A stretch of 64,000 nt of DNA from the NCBI GenBank assembly GCA_963836075.1, contig CAWIIB010000009.1, positions 576,001 through 640,000 of the forward strand, written 5' to 3'. Under the pieces are notes generated by a model. That model was given only the letters and a program-made list of their open reading frames with translations, was not told where the DNA came from and did no database searches. Positions 1 to 9,651 of this stretch are shown here, piece after piece. Both the position numbers and the translations under genes were made by a program. Every line of letters begins with the position of its first letter. Positions within the stretch are counted from its first letter, which is position 1. The stretch comes from an uncultured Acidobacteriota bacterium. Lineage in GTDB: Bacteria; Acidobacteriota; JAQAZP01.

Positions 1-105
1 GATCGCGTTATAAAAGGAAAGATTGTAGAACATGGTGGTGCTGCCAACATGCTTGGTCCTTTGATGGAGATTGGGGCGATTGAGGGGGTAGGCAACACTG
101 ATTAA
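1..105 (+). CDS. Partial cassette gene, C-terminus resembling SnoaL-like ester cyclase
   Basis: Frame 1 reads DRVIKGKIVEHGGAANMLGPLMEIGAIEGVGNTD*, ending just before an attC. Confidence 0.5.
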   Translation, partial: DRVIKGKIVEHGGAANMLGPLMEIGAIEGVGNTD

Positions 106-112
106 ATTACTC

Positions 113-228
113 GCAGAACCATCCCATACACCTGTCAGCCAGGTGTCACGGCCCTTGCTGAACAACCGGTCGCTCTCCTGGTGGCAACGGCCGTGCCACC
201 TGTCTGCAGGTGATGGGTGACGTTAGGC
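113..228 (+). repeat. attC, family A
   Basis: gcagaac...cacctg..ccaggtgtcacggcccttgc-loop-ggcaacggccgtgccacctg..caggtgatggg..gttaggc. Confidence 0.9.
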
Positions 229-300
229 AGACTGGCTTCGTCTGCCAGCTTGAGAAGTCTGAGAGAGAGTGAGAAATGAAGATTCGATTGCCTGAGGAGG

Positions 301-486
301 TTGAAGAACATGCGCCGTCGAGGTCCCGTGTCCACTGTGATCTTGTTCCTGGCTTTCGCAGTGATGTTCTCACTGGTTTTCTGGCCTGAGGTTTCCTTGG
401 CAGCGAAGATTGCGTTCTTCGCAGCCGGCGTTGGCTGCGGCGTGGGCATCGCACGCTGGCGCGGAGCAGTTCGTAAGCAGAGTTAG
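301..486 (+). CDS. Small two-TM membrane protein (cassette)
   Basis: RBS gaggagg; two hydrophobic segments; only + ORF in the cassette. Confidence 0.55.
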   Translation: MKNMRRRGPVSTVILFLAFAVMFSLVFWPEVSLAAKIAFFAAGVGCGVGIARWRGAVRKQS

Positions 487-520
487 CATGGAGCGTGCTC
501 GCGCGGCGGCTCGGCCAGAT

Positions 521-641
521 GCCTGACAGGCGATTGCAGCCGCCGGGCTTGCCTGTCACGTCGACTACACCGCGGGCTGACGCCCGCGACGCACCCGCCG
601 CGCCAGTCTGGCGCACGCGGCTGAAATGCGTTTCGTTAGGC
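521..641 (+). repeat. attC, foreign type, R'' degenerate (GAC)
   Basis: tgcctgac..tgcagccg...cggctgaa..gttaggc. Confidence 0.7.
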
Positions 642-728
642 GGCGCGAGTTTGTCAGCCCCTTGTGGCCAAACGCCTCCCGATGTTTGACAAGGCGCCGT
701 GCGTGGCGTGAAGTAGGAGATCGAAGAT

Positions 729-1070
729 ATGGACGCCAGCACTAGTGAGCCGGTCGCAGTCGTAGTTAACGAGGCACAACTTCTCCTTGCAGAGAAACGC
801 ACCTCCCTGGCAGTCATGCGAACAGGTATCGCCGTGCTTGCCTTACCGCTGTCGGTGTTCAGTTTACTGGTCGCGACATCGAAGTATTACGATGTCCTCA
901 ATGTCCTGCACTTCCTGATACCGCTGGCGAGTCTTTGTATCGCCTTACTCGTCTTTGGAACCTATCTGATAGTTGCTTCTGCCCGAAAGATCCGACAAGC
1001 CGATAGCCTGATTCATCGGATCAAGCTGGAGCATAGCGCAATCGCCCAGTTTCTAGAGCCAATGGAGTAA
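729..1070 (+). CDS. DUF202/YidH-like membrane protein
   Basis: LLAEKRTSLAVMRTGIA motif followed by TM helices; RBS ggag. Confidence 0.7.
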   Translation: MDASTSEPVAVVVNEAQLLLAEKRTSLAVMRTGIAVLALPLSVFSLLVATSKYYDVLNVLHFLIPLASLCIALLVFGTYLIVASARKIRQADSLIHRIKLEHSAIAQFLEPME

Positions 1071-1123
1071 GTGGCTATGTGTATTCGGGAAGTTTCAGGC
1101 AAACGGGACAGGTCGTGAACACG

Positions 1124-1220
1124 GTCTAACAGGAGCTTGCACCTGACAAAGCCGCTTGTCACGCCCCTGGCGGCGCCAGGGCCGCGCCAACCGACTTTGC
1201 AGGTGAAGCCATCGTTAGGC
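1124..1220 (+). repeat. attC, foreign type
   Basis: gtctaac..gcttgcacctg...caggtgaagc..gttaggc. Confidence 0.85.
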
Positions 1221-1231
1221 CGGAGAAAAGC

Positions 1232-1708
1232 ATGATTATGACAAAACATATTCTATGCGCCACAGTGTTATTGACAGCCTTTTGCCTATGTCCAGTCGGC
1301 TTATCAAATGAGCCTCCATTGAAGCTTGATCCAATAGATTTGTCTGGTCCGTATGAAGTTGAGTTAGGTGACTGGAAGCCGGCGCTGGAATTGGGAGCTG
1401 ACATTCAATACATCACTCCACCTCGCCAAATATCACTTAGCACAGCGAAGGCACCAGGACTGAAGCCAGAAGATCAAAGTGTTCGTCTAATAAAGCCATT
1501 TCCGGATGGTTCTAAAGTCATCCACAGCTTCTCATGTTGGGAGATTCGTAAGGATGGCAAAATCGATATTTGTTTCAGCACTGGACACAGCGGAATCTAT
1601 ATGATGGTAACCATCTCAGGTGATCGACTTATAGGAACAGCAGAGACATTTTGGAATTTTCCGAGGCAAATCCAAAGGGCCAAGGTGCAACTGAAGCGTG
1701 TTCATTGA
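1232..1708 (+). CDS. Exported hypothetical protein, paralog 1 of 3
   Basis: Signal-peptide-like N-terminus; near-identical to 3880..4356. Confidence 0.85.
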   Translation: MIMTKHILCATVLLTAFCLCPVGLSNEPPLKLDPIDLSGPYEVELGDWKPALELGADIQYITPPRQISLSTAKAPGLKPEDQSVRLIKPFPDGSKVIHSFSCWEIRKDGKIDICFSTGHSGIYMMVTISGDRLIGTAETFWNFPRQIQRAKVQLKRVH

Positions 1709-1719
1709 AGCAAAGCTCG

Positions 1720-1867
1720 GCCTAACAACCACATGCAACGGCCAAGCCGAATCCGTCACGCTGGTTGCATACCGCGCGGTCAATCAAAAGTCACGTGCGG
1801 GAACTACCAGGCATTGCCAAAGCAACCAGCGCGCCGGCCGGCTTGCCGCTGATGGGTGGCGTTATAC
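1720..1867 (+). repeat. attC, family B
   Basis: gcctaacaaccacat.caacggccaagccg..gctggttgc-53 nt-gcaaccagc..ggcttgccgctgatg..gttatac. Confidence 0.9.
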
Positions 1868-1886
1868 GCAAAGAGATATTTAAAGG

Positions 1887-2354
1887 ATGACAGAATCCGA
1901 AAGCATCAAGTATCGACTGATGATTGATGGTGAAGAGGATATTGTATCAAGCTTGGTGCAAACGTCATTCATGAAACACATCGCTTCATACTACAAACAG
2001 GATGGGATTAACGAGGTATTACGACTATCTGAACCATTTTCTATCAAAGCTCGGAATGAAGCTGGCAACGTGTTCATCGTATGTATGATCGGCTCTAAGC
2101 TTGCAGGAATGATGGAGTATAGAGACCCGGCACATATTGGTTTACTGTTTGTAGATCCAGATTATATGGGCCGAGACATCGGAGGAGGATTCATTGCTGA
2201 AGCGAAAGAGCGAGCGAAGGGCACTTTTGATGTAATAACAGTGAATGCCTCTCCCAACTCCGTCGCATTCTATGCAAAATACGGTTTCACTCACATTGGA
2301 GGAGTGAAGGAGGACGGGGGTATAGTATTTTATCCTATGGCCTTAGCTATTTAG
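1887..2354 (+). CDS. GNAT-family N-acetyltransferase
   Basis: LFVDPDYMGRDIG and VNASPNSVAFYAKYGF motifs. Confidence 0.9.
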   Translation: MTESESIKYRLMIDGEEDIVSSLVQTSFMKHIASYYKQDGINEVLRLSEPFSIKARNEAGNVFIVCMIGSKLAGMMEYRDPAHIGLLFVDPDYMGRDIGGGFIAEAKERAKGTFDVITVNASPNSVAFYAKYGFTHIGGVKEDGGIVFYPMALAI

Positions 2355-2360
2355 AGAATC

Positions 2361-2476
2361 GTATAACAAACCCATTCACCTGGCAGCCAGGTGTCACGGC
2401 CCTTGCTGAGCAAACGGTCGTTCTCCTGGTGGCAACGGCCGTGCCACCTGCCCGCAGGTGATGGGTGACGTTAGAT
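2361..2476 (+). repeat. attC, family A
   Basis: gtataac...gttagat, family A core. Confidence 0.9.
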
Positions 2477-2489
2477 GCGAGAGGTTCTT

Positions 2490-2987
2490 ATGAAATGTAG
2501 ATATTTTCAATTTGTAGTGCTTACCACTATTATTCTGAGCACTCATGCATTTGCTCATGTCGACACGATACTGCCCTTAAAAGATGGCGTGATAACGGGG
2601 TTACCCGAGCAATACCATCCGGCCTTGTTCGATGCAAATGAGCCCTCCATCCAAATCGGCCAGAACAAACTTGTCTTCCCACCATGCATAGCGAAGTACT
2701 TTCTCACGGACATGCGATTTGAACCGAATATCGACGACTGCAGTATTGAAATTAGCGGATCTTGGTATCACAACTCGTCAATCTTACCGCCATATATTTC
2801 AATCGATATTCATCCAGAGGAGCGACACTATTACTATTCGATACTACTTTCTCTAGAATCCCTGGAAATAATCCATGTTCAAGTGGTTATAAAAGAAAAG
2901 CATGTAACTTCCTATAACGAGATATCCATCAATGATCCCTGTAAGGCCCTATTGTCGAAATCATACTCAAAATTACCATTGCCATAG
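2490..2987 (+). CDS. Exported hypothetical protein
   Basis: RBS gagg; signal peptide ending AFA-H. Confidence 0.8.
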   Translation: MKCRYFQFVVLTTIILSTHAFAHVDTILPLKDGVITGLPEQYHPALFDANEPSIQIGQNKLVFPPCIAKYFLTDMRFEPNIDDCSIEISGSWYHNSSILPPYISIDIHPEERHYYYSILLSLESLEIIHVQVVIKEKHVTSYNEISINDPCKALLSKSYSKLPLP

Positions 2988-3029
2988 CAGAGGGTATTGA
3001 ATCACTGTTTAATAGGTTTTAGAAGGCGC

Positions 3030-3145
3030 ATCTAACAAACCCATTCACCTGTCAGCCAGGTGTCACGGCCCTTGCTGAGCAGCCAGTCGTTTCCCTGGTG
3101 GCAACGGCCGTGCCACCTGTCCGCAGGTGATGGGTAACGTTGTGC
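3030..3145 (+). repeat. attC, family A
   Basis: atctaac...gttgtgc. Confidence 0.9.
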
Positions 3146-3156
3146 AAAAATAACTC

Positions 3157-3185
3157 TTGACAATACGTACATGATAACGTACGTT
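3157..3185 (+). promoter_or_regulatory. Sigma70 promoter/operator of yefM-yoeB cassette
   Basis: TTGACA-17-TACGTT with two acgtac motifs overlapping the spacer and -10. Confidence 0.65.
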
Positions 3186-3206
3186 TGATGGTGTAGGAGG
3201 TGCACC

Positions 3207-3449
3207 ATGGCAACCATTACAGCAACAGAGGCAAGGGCCAAGCTTTACAGCTTGATAGACGAAGCAGAGAACTCCCACGAGCCCATTGTGATCACAGGAA
3301 AACGAGGTAACGCAGTGTTGGTTTCCGAAAACGACTGGAACGCCATAAAGGAAACATTGTTCTTGCTTTCCATTCCTGGCATGCGTGAATCGATTGTTGA
3401 GGGCATGAAAGAGCCGTTGGAGGAATCTTCTAAAAATCTCGATTGGTAG
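3207..3449 (+). CDS. yefM: Phd/YefM antitoxin
   Basis: ITATEARAKLYSLID..HEPIVITGKRGNAVLVS..ETLFLLSIPGMRESI. Confidence 0.92.
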   Translation: MATITATEARAKLYSLIDEAENSHEPIVITGKRGNAVLVSENDWNAIKETLFLLSIPGMRESIVEGMKEPLEESSKNLDW

Positions 3450-3454
3450 GACGG

Positions 3455-3715
3455 ATGTGGGACCTCTACTTCACGAAACGGGCACAGAAGGACGCAAAGA
3501 AAATAGCTGCGGCAGGTCTGAAGAATAAGACAAAGCAACTTCTAGAAATCATCCGTGAAAACCCATTCCAAAATCCCCCTCCATACGAAAAATTGGTTGG
3601 CGATTTAGCCGGCGCATATTCCCGACGTATCAACATTCAACATCGTTTAGTGTACCAAGTATATGAAAAGGAGAAGATCGTACGGGTACTCCGAATGTGG
3701 ACCCACTATGAATGA
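3455..3715 (+). CDS. yoeB: Txe/YoeB toxin
   Basis: PPYEKLVGDLAGAYSRRINIQHRLVY..MWTHYE. Confidence 0.92.
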   Translation: MWDLYFTKRAQKDAKKIAAAGLKNKTKQLLEIIRENPFQNPPPYEKLVGDLAGAYSRRINIQHRLVYQVYEKEKIVRVLRMWTHYE

Positions 3716-3722
3716 ACAGAAT

Positions 3723-3868
3723 GCACAACCACCACATTCAGCGGCCAAGCCAATTCCGTCACGCTGGTTGCATACCGAGCGGTCAATCAGATGGCCCGTT
3801 ATAACGCTGTCAAGCATTGCCAAAGCAACCAGCGCGCCGGGGCTTGCCGCTGATGTGAGGCGTTAGGC
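3723..3868 (+). repeat. attC, family B
   Basis: gcacaac...gttaggc. Confidence 0.9.
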
Positions 3869-3879
3869 CGAGGAAAAGC

Positions 3880-4356
3880 ATGATTACAACAAAGCATATT
3901 CTATGCGCCACAGTTTTATTGACAGCCTTTTGCCTATGCCCAGTCTGCTTATCAAATGAGCCTCCATTGAAGCTTGATCCAATAGTTCTGTCTGGTCCGT
4001 ATGAAGTTGAGTTGGGTGAATGGGAGCCGGCGCTGGAATTGGGAACTGATATTCAAACCATCACTCCACCTGTCCAAATATCACTTAGCACAGAGAAGGC
4101 ACCAGGACCGAAGCCAGAAATTCAAAGTGTTCGTCTAATAAAGCCCTTTCCGGATGGTTCTAAAGTCATCCACAGCTACTCATTTTGGGAGATTCGTAAG
4201 GATGGAAAAATCGATATTTGTTTCAGCACTGGCCACGGTGGAGTGTATATGACGGTATCAATCTCAAGTGATCGACTTATAGGAACAGCTGAGACATTTT
4301 GGGATTTTCCTAGGCAAACCCAAAGGGCCAAGGTGCAACTGAAGCGGGTTCATTGA
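3880..4356 (+). CDS. Exported hypothetical protein, paralog 2 of 3
   Basis: About 20 aa differences of 158 relative to 1232..1708. Confidence 0.85.
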   Translation: MITTKHILCATVLLTAFCLCPVCLSNEPPLKLDPIVLSGPYEVELGEWEPALELGTDIQTITPPVQISLSTEKAPGPKPEIQSVRLIKPFPDGSKVIHSYSFWEIRKDGKIDICFSTGHGGVYMTVSISSDRLIGTAETFWDFPRQTQRAKVQLKRVH

Positions 4357-4367
4357 AGCAAAGCTCG

Positions 4368-4515
4368 GCCTAACAACCACATGCAACGGCCAAGCCGAAT
4401 CCGTCGCGCTGGTTGCAGACCGCGCGCTAAACCAGATGTCCCGTTTCGGCGCTTTCAAGCAATGCTGGAGCAACCAGCGCGCCGGCCGGCTTGCCGCTGA
4501 TGTGGGGCGTTAGGC
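4368..4515 (+). repeat. attC, family B
   Basis: gcctaac...gttaggc. Confidence 0.9.
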
Positions 4516-4532
4516 CGAAGATGAGACAGATC

Positions 4533-5003
4533 ATGAAGAGATTTATTACATACACCACAATACTTCTACCTGTTTTAATCCTATGCTCAGCCGGCATATC
4601 AGATGAGCATCCTCTGAAGCCCAATCCAAAGGATATATCTGGTCCATATCAAATAGTGTTAGGTGAATGGATACCAGCTCTAGATATAGGAGCTGACGTG
4701 AAGTTCATTACCCCACCTCATCAAATAATGCTTAGCACTGAGATTTTACCGGGTCCCAAGAATGCACTTGGCAATGCTCGTTATTTAAAGCCCTATCCAG
4801 AGGGTTCGCATTCAATACACAGCTACTCATTCTGGGAGATCCTCGATGATGGCAGCATCTTTATTTCTTTTAGCACCGGCTACAGCGGACTATTTATGAC
4901 GTTAACCGTCTCGGGTGATAAGCTTCTAGGAACAGCGGAAACGTTTTGGGATTTTCCGAGGCAAACCCAGACAGCAGAGGTCCAACTGAAGCGTATTCAA
5001 TAG
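4533..5003 (+). CDS. Exported hypothetical protein, paralog 3 of 3 (more diverged)
   Basis: Shares SGPY..LGEW.PAL..G.D..ITPP and GTAETFWDFPRQTQ with the other paralogs. Confidence 0.85.
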   Translation: MKRFITYTTILLPVLILCSAGISDEHPLKPNPKDISGPYQIVLGEWIPALDIGADVKFITPPHQIMLSTEILPGPKNALGNARYLKPYPEGSHSIHSYSFWEILDDGSIFISFSTGYSGLFMTLTVSGDKLLGTAETFWDFPRQTQTAEVQLKRIQ

Positions 5004-5015
5004 AAATGAGGTTTG

Positions 5016-5131
5016 GCCTAACAAACCCATGCACCTGTCAGCCAGGTGTCACGGCCCTTGCTGAACATACGGTCGCTCATCTGGTGGCAACGGCCGTGCC
5101 ACCTGCCCGCAGGTGATGGGTGACGTTATGT
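5016..5131 (+). repeat. attC, family A
   Basis: gcctaac...gttatgt. Confidence 0.9.
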
Positions 5132-5150
5132 GTATATAAAGGAATGTTAA

Positions 5151-5711
5151 ATGCGTAGCGGTCTTATTAGTGTTTGCTTGTTGGCTACATTTTTTCTCTC
5201 TTCAATGCAGACACACTCACAAGAGAATGTTCAACCAACGCCATGGGAAAAGAGAATAGCTGCATATCAATCAGAATATCCTGATTTGCCACCCCTAAAG
5301 CTATCCAAGAAGCTAAAGGAGCACTTCCTTTTTTTGATGGATTCTGAACTAGGCATCGTATTTGGGTATTTTTGTTACGAGGCAGGCCAACCGCCAAAGG
5401 CACGAATATCTTGCTTCCGCTTGCTTGAGAGACGGAGGATTCTAGCTTTTCGCTACTTACTCCGCTTTGGGAATCCTGGGAGCAAGCTATATGCCGTTGA
5501 AAGCCTATACCTGCTAAAAGCGTGGGGATATGACATACCTGAGGAAGATACTCTACTCATTGAACAAGTTCTTAAATCTGAAGACCGTGCTGATGTTTGC
5601 AATGGTTGTATGGTGTCCACGGAGCCTTTGCATCGTGCCCTGACTCAAAAGGATCTCGAGCGAGTCGAAGAGAATTGGCAGGCATACAAAAAGATGGGTT
5701 GGGTAAGATAG
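5151..5711 (+). CDS. Exported hypothetical protein
   Basis: Signal-like N-terminus; fills the cassette; CxGC near C-terminus. Confidence 0.75.
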   Translation: MRSGLISVCLLATFFLSSMQTHSQENVQPTPWEKRIAAYQSEYPDLPPLKLSKKLKEHFLFLMDSELGIVFGYFCYEAGQPPKARISCFRLLERRRILAFRYLLRFGNPGSKLYAVESLYLLKAWGYDIPEEDTLLIEQVLKSEDRADVCNGCMVSTEPLHRALTQKDLERVEENWQAYKKMGWVR

Positions 5712-5719
5712 CAGAGAAC

Positions 5720-5834
5720 ACATAACAATCCCATACACCTGTCAGCCAGGTGTCACGGCCCTTGCTGATCTGACGGTCGTTTTGCTGGCGGCAACGGCCG
5801 TGCCACCTGCCGCAGGTGATGGGTGGCGTTATAC
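5720..5834 (+). repeat. attC, family A
   Basis: acataac...gttatac. Confidence 0.9.
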
Positions 5835-5849
5835 GGCAAAGGCTAGATT

Positions 5850-6395
5850 ATGGATATCGTTTGGCGAGTAGTGATAGTGATTGTTGTCACAGTCATAGTG
5901 AATGTATCGATCTTCCTATCTCCAAGACGACGCCATGAATTATCCAATGAGACATCCATAGAGCTCCGATATCCTCTAGGCTTTTTGATTATTAGCATCA
6001 TAGGTATTGCCTTAGCCAGCATGATGGTTCTTGTAGCAATAAATAAAGACAGCCTTCGCGAAGCACTACCGCCGACTATCGTATCCATTCCCTTTCTCTT
6101 GTTGGGTCTGTACATTCTTCTAGAGTTGAGAAAGAAGATAGTCCTTCGTCCAGATGGTTTCTACTCTCATACACCGTGGAAGCATGACTCATTCGTACCT
6201 TGGTCCAGCATACGGGTCGTACGCTATTCAGCGGTGAATGACTGGTTTATCCTAGATATCGGAAACAGCATGCACCGAATCAGCACCCACTTTGTATATT
6301 TCCCAGCTTTTCTTGATGGGTTAATGAAGAATGTGGAGCCATCTATTTGGAAGGCAGCAATCGAAAAGTATGCCAGGCCGAAAGTAGCCGTATAA
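5850..6395 (+). CDS. Three-TM membrane protein with possible bacterial PH-like C-domain
   Basis: TM helices followed by FVPWSSIRVVRY; stop codon lies in the attC R'' box. Confidence 0.75.
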   Translation: MDIVWRVVIVIVVTVIVNVSIFLSPRRRHELSNETSIELRYPLGFLIISIIGIALASMMVLVAINKDSLREALPPTIVSIPFLLLGLYILLELRKKIVLRPDGFYSHTPWKHDSFVPWSSIRVVRYSAVNDWFILDIGNSMHRISTHFVYFPAFLDGLMKNVEPSIWKAAIEKYARPKVAV

Positions 6396-6504
6396 CAAGC
6401 CCATTCACCTGATGCCAGGTGTCACGGCCCTTGCTGGGCATCCGGTCGATCTCCTTGGTGGCAACGGCCGTGCCACCCGCCACAGGTGATGGGTGACGTT
6501 CGAC
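6390..6504 (+). repeat. attC, family A
   Basis: gtataac...gttcgac. Confidence 0.9.
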
Positions 6505-6512
6505 GTAAAAGA

Positions 6513-7067
6513 ATGAAATTAAAATCGACAAAATCAGATGATCCAGCATTCGTCAGGCTCGTTGCCTCGATTCTTGATTCTGCTGTAGCCGAGAGCACTC
6601 CCGACATTGTGACGGTCATTCAGATCAAGAATTGGTTTGACCATAAGTGGCTCAAATTCTCGGGCAAGGTGTTGGGGGCATTCGGAATATGGAAGTCGGA
6701 ACTGACAGTACCTCCATTCCATCCGAACCGAGTCGTCAGCCAAACGGTAAGCCGCTTGACTGATGGTCTATACGAAGAATTCGAGGCTCCTCCCCTCCAC
6801 GTTTTGCAGCCCAGTTCTGCAAATCACAGCCGGAAGATGAGATACCAAACGGAATCAGGTGTCTTTGCGTGGTGGACAAGCAACACGGTTGAAAATGATC
6901 AAGGGAGCCTGATGGTTTACACCCAGATTGATGGTGAGTCCGTTACCTGGTTTCTTGGGTTTCAGAAAACAGATGACTGGAAGATTATCAAAAGGATAGG
7001 CATTCCAGACGTCATCATTGAAAAGCATATGAAGGGCGTCGAACAACCCCATTCACCTGTCGGCTAG
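6513..7067 (+). CDS. Hypothetical protein (reads into attC)
   Basis: Fills the cassette; KNWFDHKWLKFSGK..VPPFHPNRV. Confidence 0.8.
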   Translation: MKLKSTKSDDPAFVRLVASILDSAVAESTPDIVTVIQIKNWFDHKWLKFSGKVLGAFGIWKSELTVPPFHPNRVVSQTVSRLTDGLYEEFEAPPLHVLQPSSANHSRKMRYQTESGVFAWWTSNTVENDQGSLMVYTQIDGESVTWFLGFQKTDDWKIIKRIGIPDVIIEKHMKGVEQPHSPVG

Positions 7068-7153
7068 GTGTCACGGCCCTTGCTGATCTACCGGGCGTGC
7101 ACCTGGCGGCAACGGCCGTGCCACCTGCCTGCAGGTGATGGGTGACGTTCGAC
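7038..7153 (+). repeat. attC, family A
   Basis: gtcgaac...gttcgac. Confidence 0.9.
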
Positions 7154-7159
7154 GCAAAG

Positions 7160-7489
7160 ATGATAAAAATGAGTAACAGTGAAGAGATTCGCAAAGAACG
7201 TGAAAGGCTGAAGCAGAAATATAGTGGTGCTTTCAGTCGATTGAGCCAGGTTCTCTTCACTGAAGATCCCATAGGAATAAATTTCGGTGACAATACCGAC
7301 GAATACGAACCTGAGGTTGGTACTATCCTCTCAAGGCTAAGTCATTGTCGTTCAACGGATGAAATCCAAAAGGTTGTGCACGAGGAGTTTGTTAAGTGGT
7401 TCGACTCCGAAATAGCGGGCCCATTTGAGAGATACGAGACTGTAGCTAAACGTATTTATGATGAGGTGTTGCCAACCCTATCAGGATGA
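7160..7489 (+). CDS. DUF1871/YugE-like protein
   Basis: DPIGI..DEYEPEV..IL..F.KWF motif. Confidence 0.65.
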   Translation: MIKMSNSEEIRKERERLKQKYSGAFSRLSQVLFTEDPIGINFGDNTDEYEPEVGTILSRLSHCRSTDEIQKVVHEEFVKWFDSEIAGPFERYETVAKRIYDEVLPTLSG

Positions 7490-7496
7490 TTGGGAC

Positions 7497-7614
7497 GTCG
7501 AACAACCCCATTCACCTGTTGCCCTGGTGTCACGGCCCTTGCCGAGCATCAGGTCGCCATCGCTGGCGGGCAACGGCCGTGCCACCTGTCTGCAGGTGAT
7601 GGGTGACGTTCGGC
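7497..7614 (+). repeat. attC, family A
   Basis: gtcgaac...gttcggc. Confidence 0.9.
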
Positions 7615-7634
7615 CTGCATAGCTGAAAAATATA

Positions 7635-7669
7635 TTGACAAATCGAATGGTATCACATATAATACCATC
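7635..7669 (+). promoter_or_regulatory. Consensus sigma70 promoter with operator palindrome; leaderless start
   Basis: TTGACA-17-TATAAT, ATG at +7; atggtat..ataccat inverted repeat. Confidence 0.8.
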
Positions 7670-8096
7670 ATGAAGCCAAGCATAGTCATTGATACTAGTG
7701 TCCTCATTGCCGCTTTGCGGTCTAAGCATGGAGCCTCGTTCAGGCTTCTTAAGTTAATTGGTAAGAACAAGTTTGAACTAAACGTTTCAGTCCCGCTCAT
7801 TCTTGAACTTGAAGCAGTGGCCAAACGGCCCGGGAAAGTGCCAGGCCTTACTAGTGAAGATATTGACGACGTTATAGACTACATCTGTCGAGTCTCCCAT
7901 CACCGAATGATCCATTTTCTGTGGCGACCAACGCTCAGAGACCCTGGTGATGACCTCGGTACTTGAACTTGCCGTCGAAGCCGAATGTGACTATATCGTC
8001 ACCCACAATGTACGCGACTTCGACAAGGCTGAACAGTTTGGGATCTCTACTGTGACGCCTCGGCAGTTCTTAGGGATCATTGGAGAGCTACCATGA
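7670..8096 (+). CDS. PIN-domain toxin (apparent +1 frameshift at ~7958)
   Basis: VIDTSVLIAALRS..LRDPGDD; removing one G restores LVLELAVEAECDYIVTHNVRDF, ending in an ATGA overlap. Confidence 0.85.
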
Positions 8097-8329
8097 GTAC
8101 CATTAGCCTCAGAATCCCGGAATCTCTGCATGAGCGCGTGAGAGAACTTGCCAAGCAAGAAAACATCTCAATAAATCAATTCATCTCTACGGCTCTCGCT
8201 GAGAAAATTTCAGCATTACTGACCGCCGAGTACCTTGAAGAACGGGCGCTCCGTGGAAGACGCGCCAAGTTTAATCGTGCTCTCTCCAAAGTCAGTGACG
8301 CTGCTCCGGACAAATCTGACGAAATCTAA
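8093..8329 (+). CDS. Ribbon-helix-helix (HicB-like) antitoxin
   Basis: MSTISLRIPESLHERVRELAKQENISINQFI. Confidence 0.85.
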   Translation: MSTISLRIPESLHERVRELAKQENISINQFISTALAEKISALLTAEYLEERALRGRRAKFNRALSKVSDAAPDKSDEI

Positions 8330-8355
8330 TTGAATACTTGAATGGCCATAAAGAG

Positions 8356-8470
8356 GCCGAACCAGCCCATGCACCTGTCAGCCAGATGTCACGGCCCTTG
8401 CTGAGCAACCGATCGTACCTCTGGCGGCAACGGCCGTGCCACCTGTTGCAGGTGATGGGTGACGTTATAA
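8356..8470 (+). repeat. attC, family A
   Basis: gccgaac...gttataa. Confidence 0.9.
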
Positions 8471-8512
8471 AGCGATACATGAACCGGCATCTCGATGCGA
8501 GAGGTAGAGCTC

Positions 8513-9193
8513 ATGGCTGTTGAGATCATACCGATTCCACTTGGATTCGACACATGCTACGTCTTGAGAGCAGATGGTATGGTTGCGGTAGATGCCGGCG
8601 CCCCGAACAAGGTCAATCACTTTCTGTCCGGTTTGCAGCGTGCTGCAATTCAGCCCGAAGACATACAATTGATTGTGATTACACACGGTCATTGGGATCA
8701 CATTGGCTCTGCAAGCGACATGAAGTCGGCCACAGGTGCGAAGATCGCAATGCATGAAAACGAGATCGTTTGGTTGGAGCAGTCTCGAACGCCACTTTCT
8801 CCTGGTGTGACATGGTGGGGACGAATCTTTCGCGGCGTGCACCTAGTTTTCATGCCGTTGATAAAAGTCCCACCAGCAAAGGTAGACCTGCCGCTGAATA
8901 ACGACGGCCTTTCGCTGTCTGACTTTGGAATACCCGGTTGCATTTTGAGCACGCCGGGTCACTCATCGGGATCTGTTAGCGTGCTCCTCGATGGTGGTGA
9001 AGCGCTGGTTGGTGATCTTGCGATGAACAAGTTCCCACTGCGTTTGTCTCCTGGTCTTCCTATCTTTGCGGACGACCCAGGTGCGGTCATTGCCAGTTGG
9101 GAGTTGCTACTTGATGCGGGCGCAACGGAAGTCTATCCAGCCCATGGAAGGCCGTTTTCGGCGGATGTGATCCGACGCGCCATCGCTGTATAA
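8513..9193 (+). CDS. MBL-fold metallo-hydrolase
   Basis: THGHWDH, TPGHS, GD and PAHG motifs. Confidence 0.9.
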   Translation: MAVEIIPIPLGFDTCYVLRADGMVAVDAGAPNKVNHFLSGLQRAAIQPEDIQLIVITHGHWDHIGSASDMKSATGAKIAMHENEIVWLEQSRTPLSPGVTWWGRIFRGVHLVFMPLIKVPPAKVDLPLNNDGLSLSDFGIPGCILSTPGHSSGSVSVLLDGGEALVGDLAMNKFPLRLSPGLPIFADDPGAVIASWELLLDAGATEVYPAHGRPFSADVIRRAIAV

Positions 9194-9303
9194 CCAGCCC
9201 ATTCACCTGGCGCCAGGTGTCACGGCCCTTGCTGGGCAAACGGTCGCTCCTCAGGTGGCAACGGGCCGCGCCACCTGTCTGCAGGTGATGGGTGACGTTA
9301 AAC
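9188..9303 (+). repeat. attC, family A
   Basis: gtataac...gttaaac. Confidence 0.9.
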
Positions 9304-9325
9304 GCACTTATAAGATAAAAAGAGC

Positions 9326-9360
9326 TTGACGCGTAACGTTATACGTCATATCTTACTACC
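9326..9360 (+). promoter_or_regulatory. higBA promoter/operator; leaderless start
   Basis: TTGACG-17-TATCTT, ATG at +7; tgacg..taac/gtta..cgtca palindrome. Confidence 0.7.
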
Positions 9361-9649
9361 ATGATACGGTCATTCAAAAACAAAGAGACGGAGAAACTCT
9401 TCGGCCGTGTCCGGTCAGCAAAGCTTCCGGGGGATATCCAACGAGTTGCCCTACGAAAGCTCCGCATGCTTCACCGGGCAAAAACCCTTGCGGACCTTAG
9501 AGTTCCGCCAGCAAACCGACTTGAGCGCCTTTCGGGTAATCGAGCCGGTCAGGTACAGTATTCGTATCAATGATCAGTGGCGTATCTGTTTCCGCTGGGA
9601 TTCTGGTGACGCCTTCGAAGTTGAGATCGTTGACTATCATCGAGGCTAG
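9361..9649 (+). CDS. higB: HigB toxin (apparent +1 frameshift at ~9552)
   Basis: MIRSFKNKETEKLF..DLRVPPANRLERL joined to YSIRINDQWRICFRW..VEIVDYH. Confidence 0.88.
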
Positions 9650-9651
9650 CC

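Noticed and set aside
8513-9193. Metallo-beta-lactamase resistance cassette
   Set aside because: It has the generic HxHxDH fold with no signal peptide, and nothing specific to B1-B3 beta-lactamases is visible.
7670-9649. Selective inactivation of toxins by frameshift
   Set aside because: The same GTAC-linked +1 occurs in an antitoxin, tolC and a transposase, which points to a systematic artefact.
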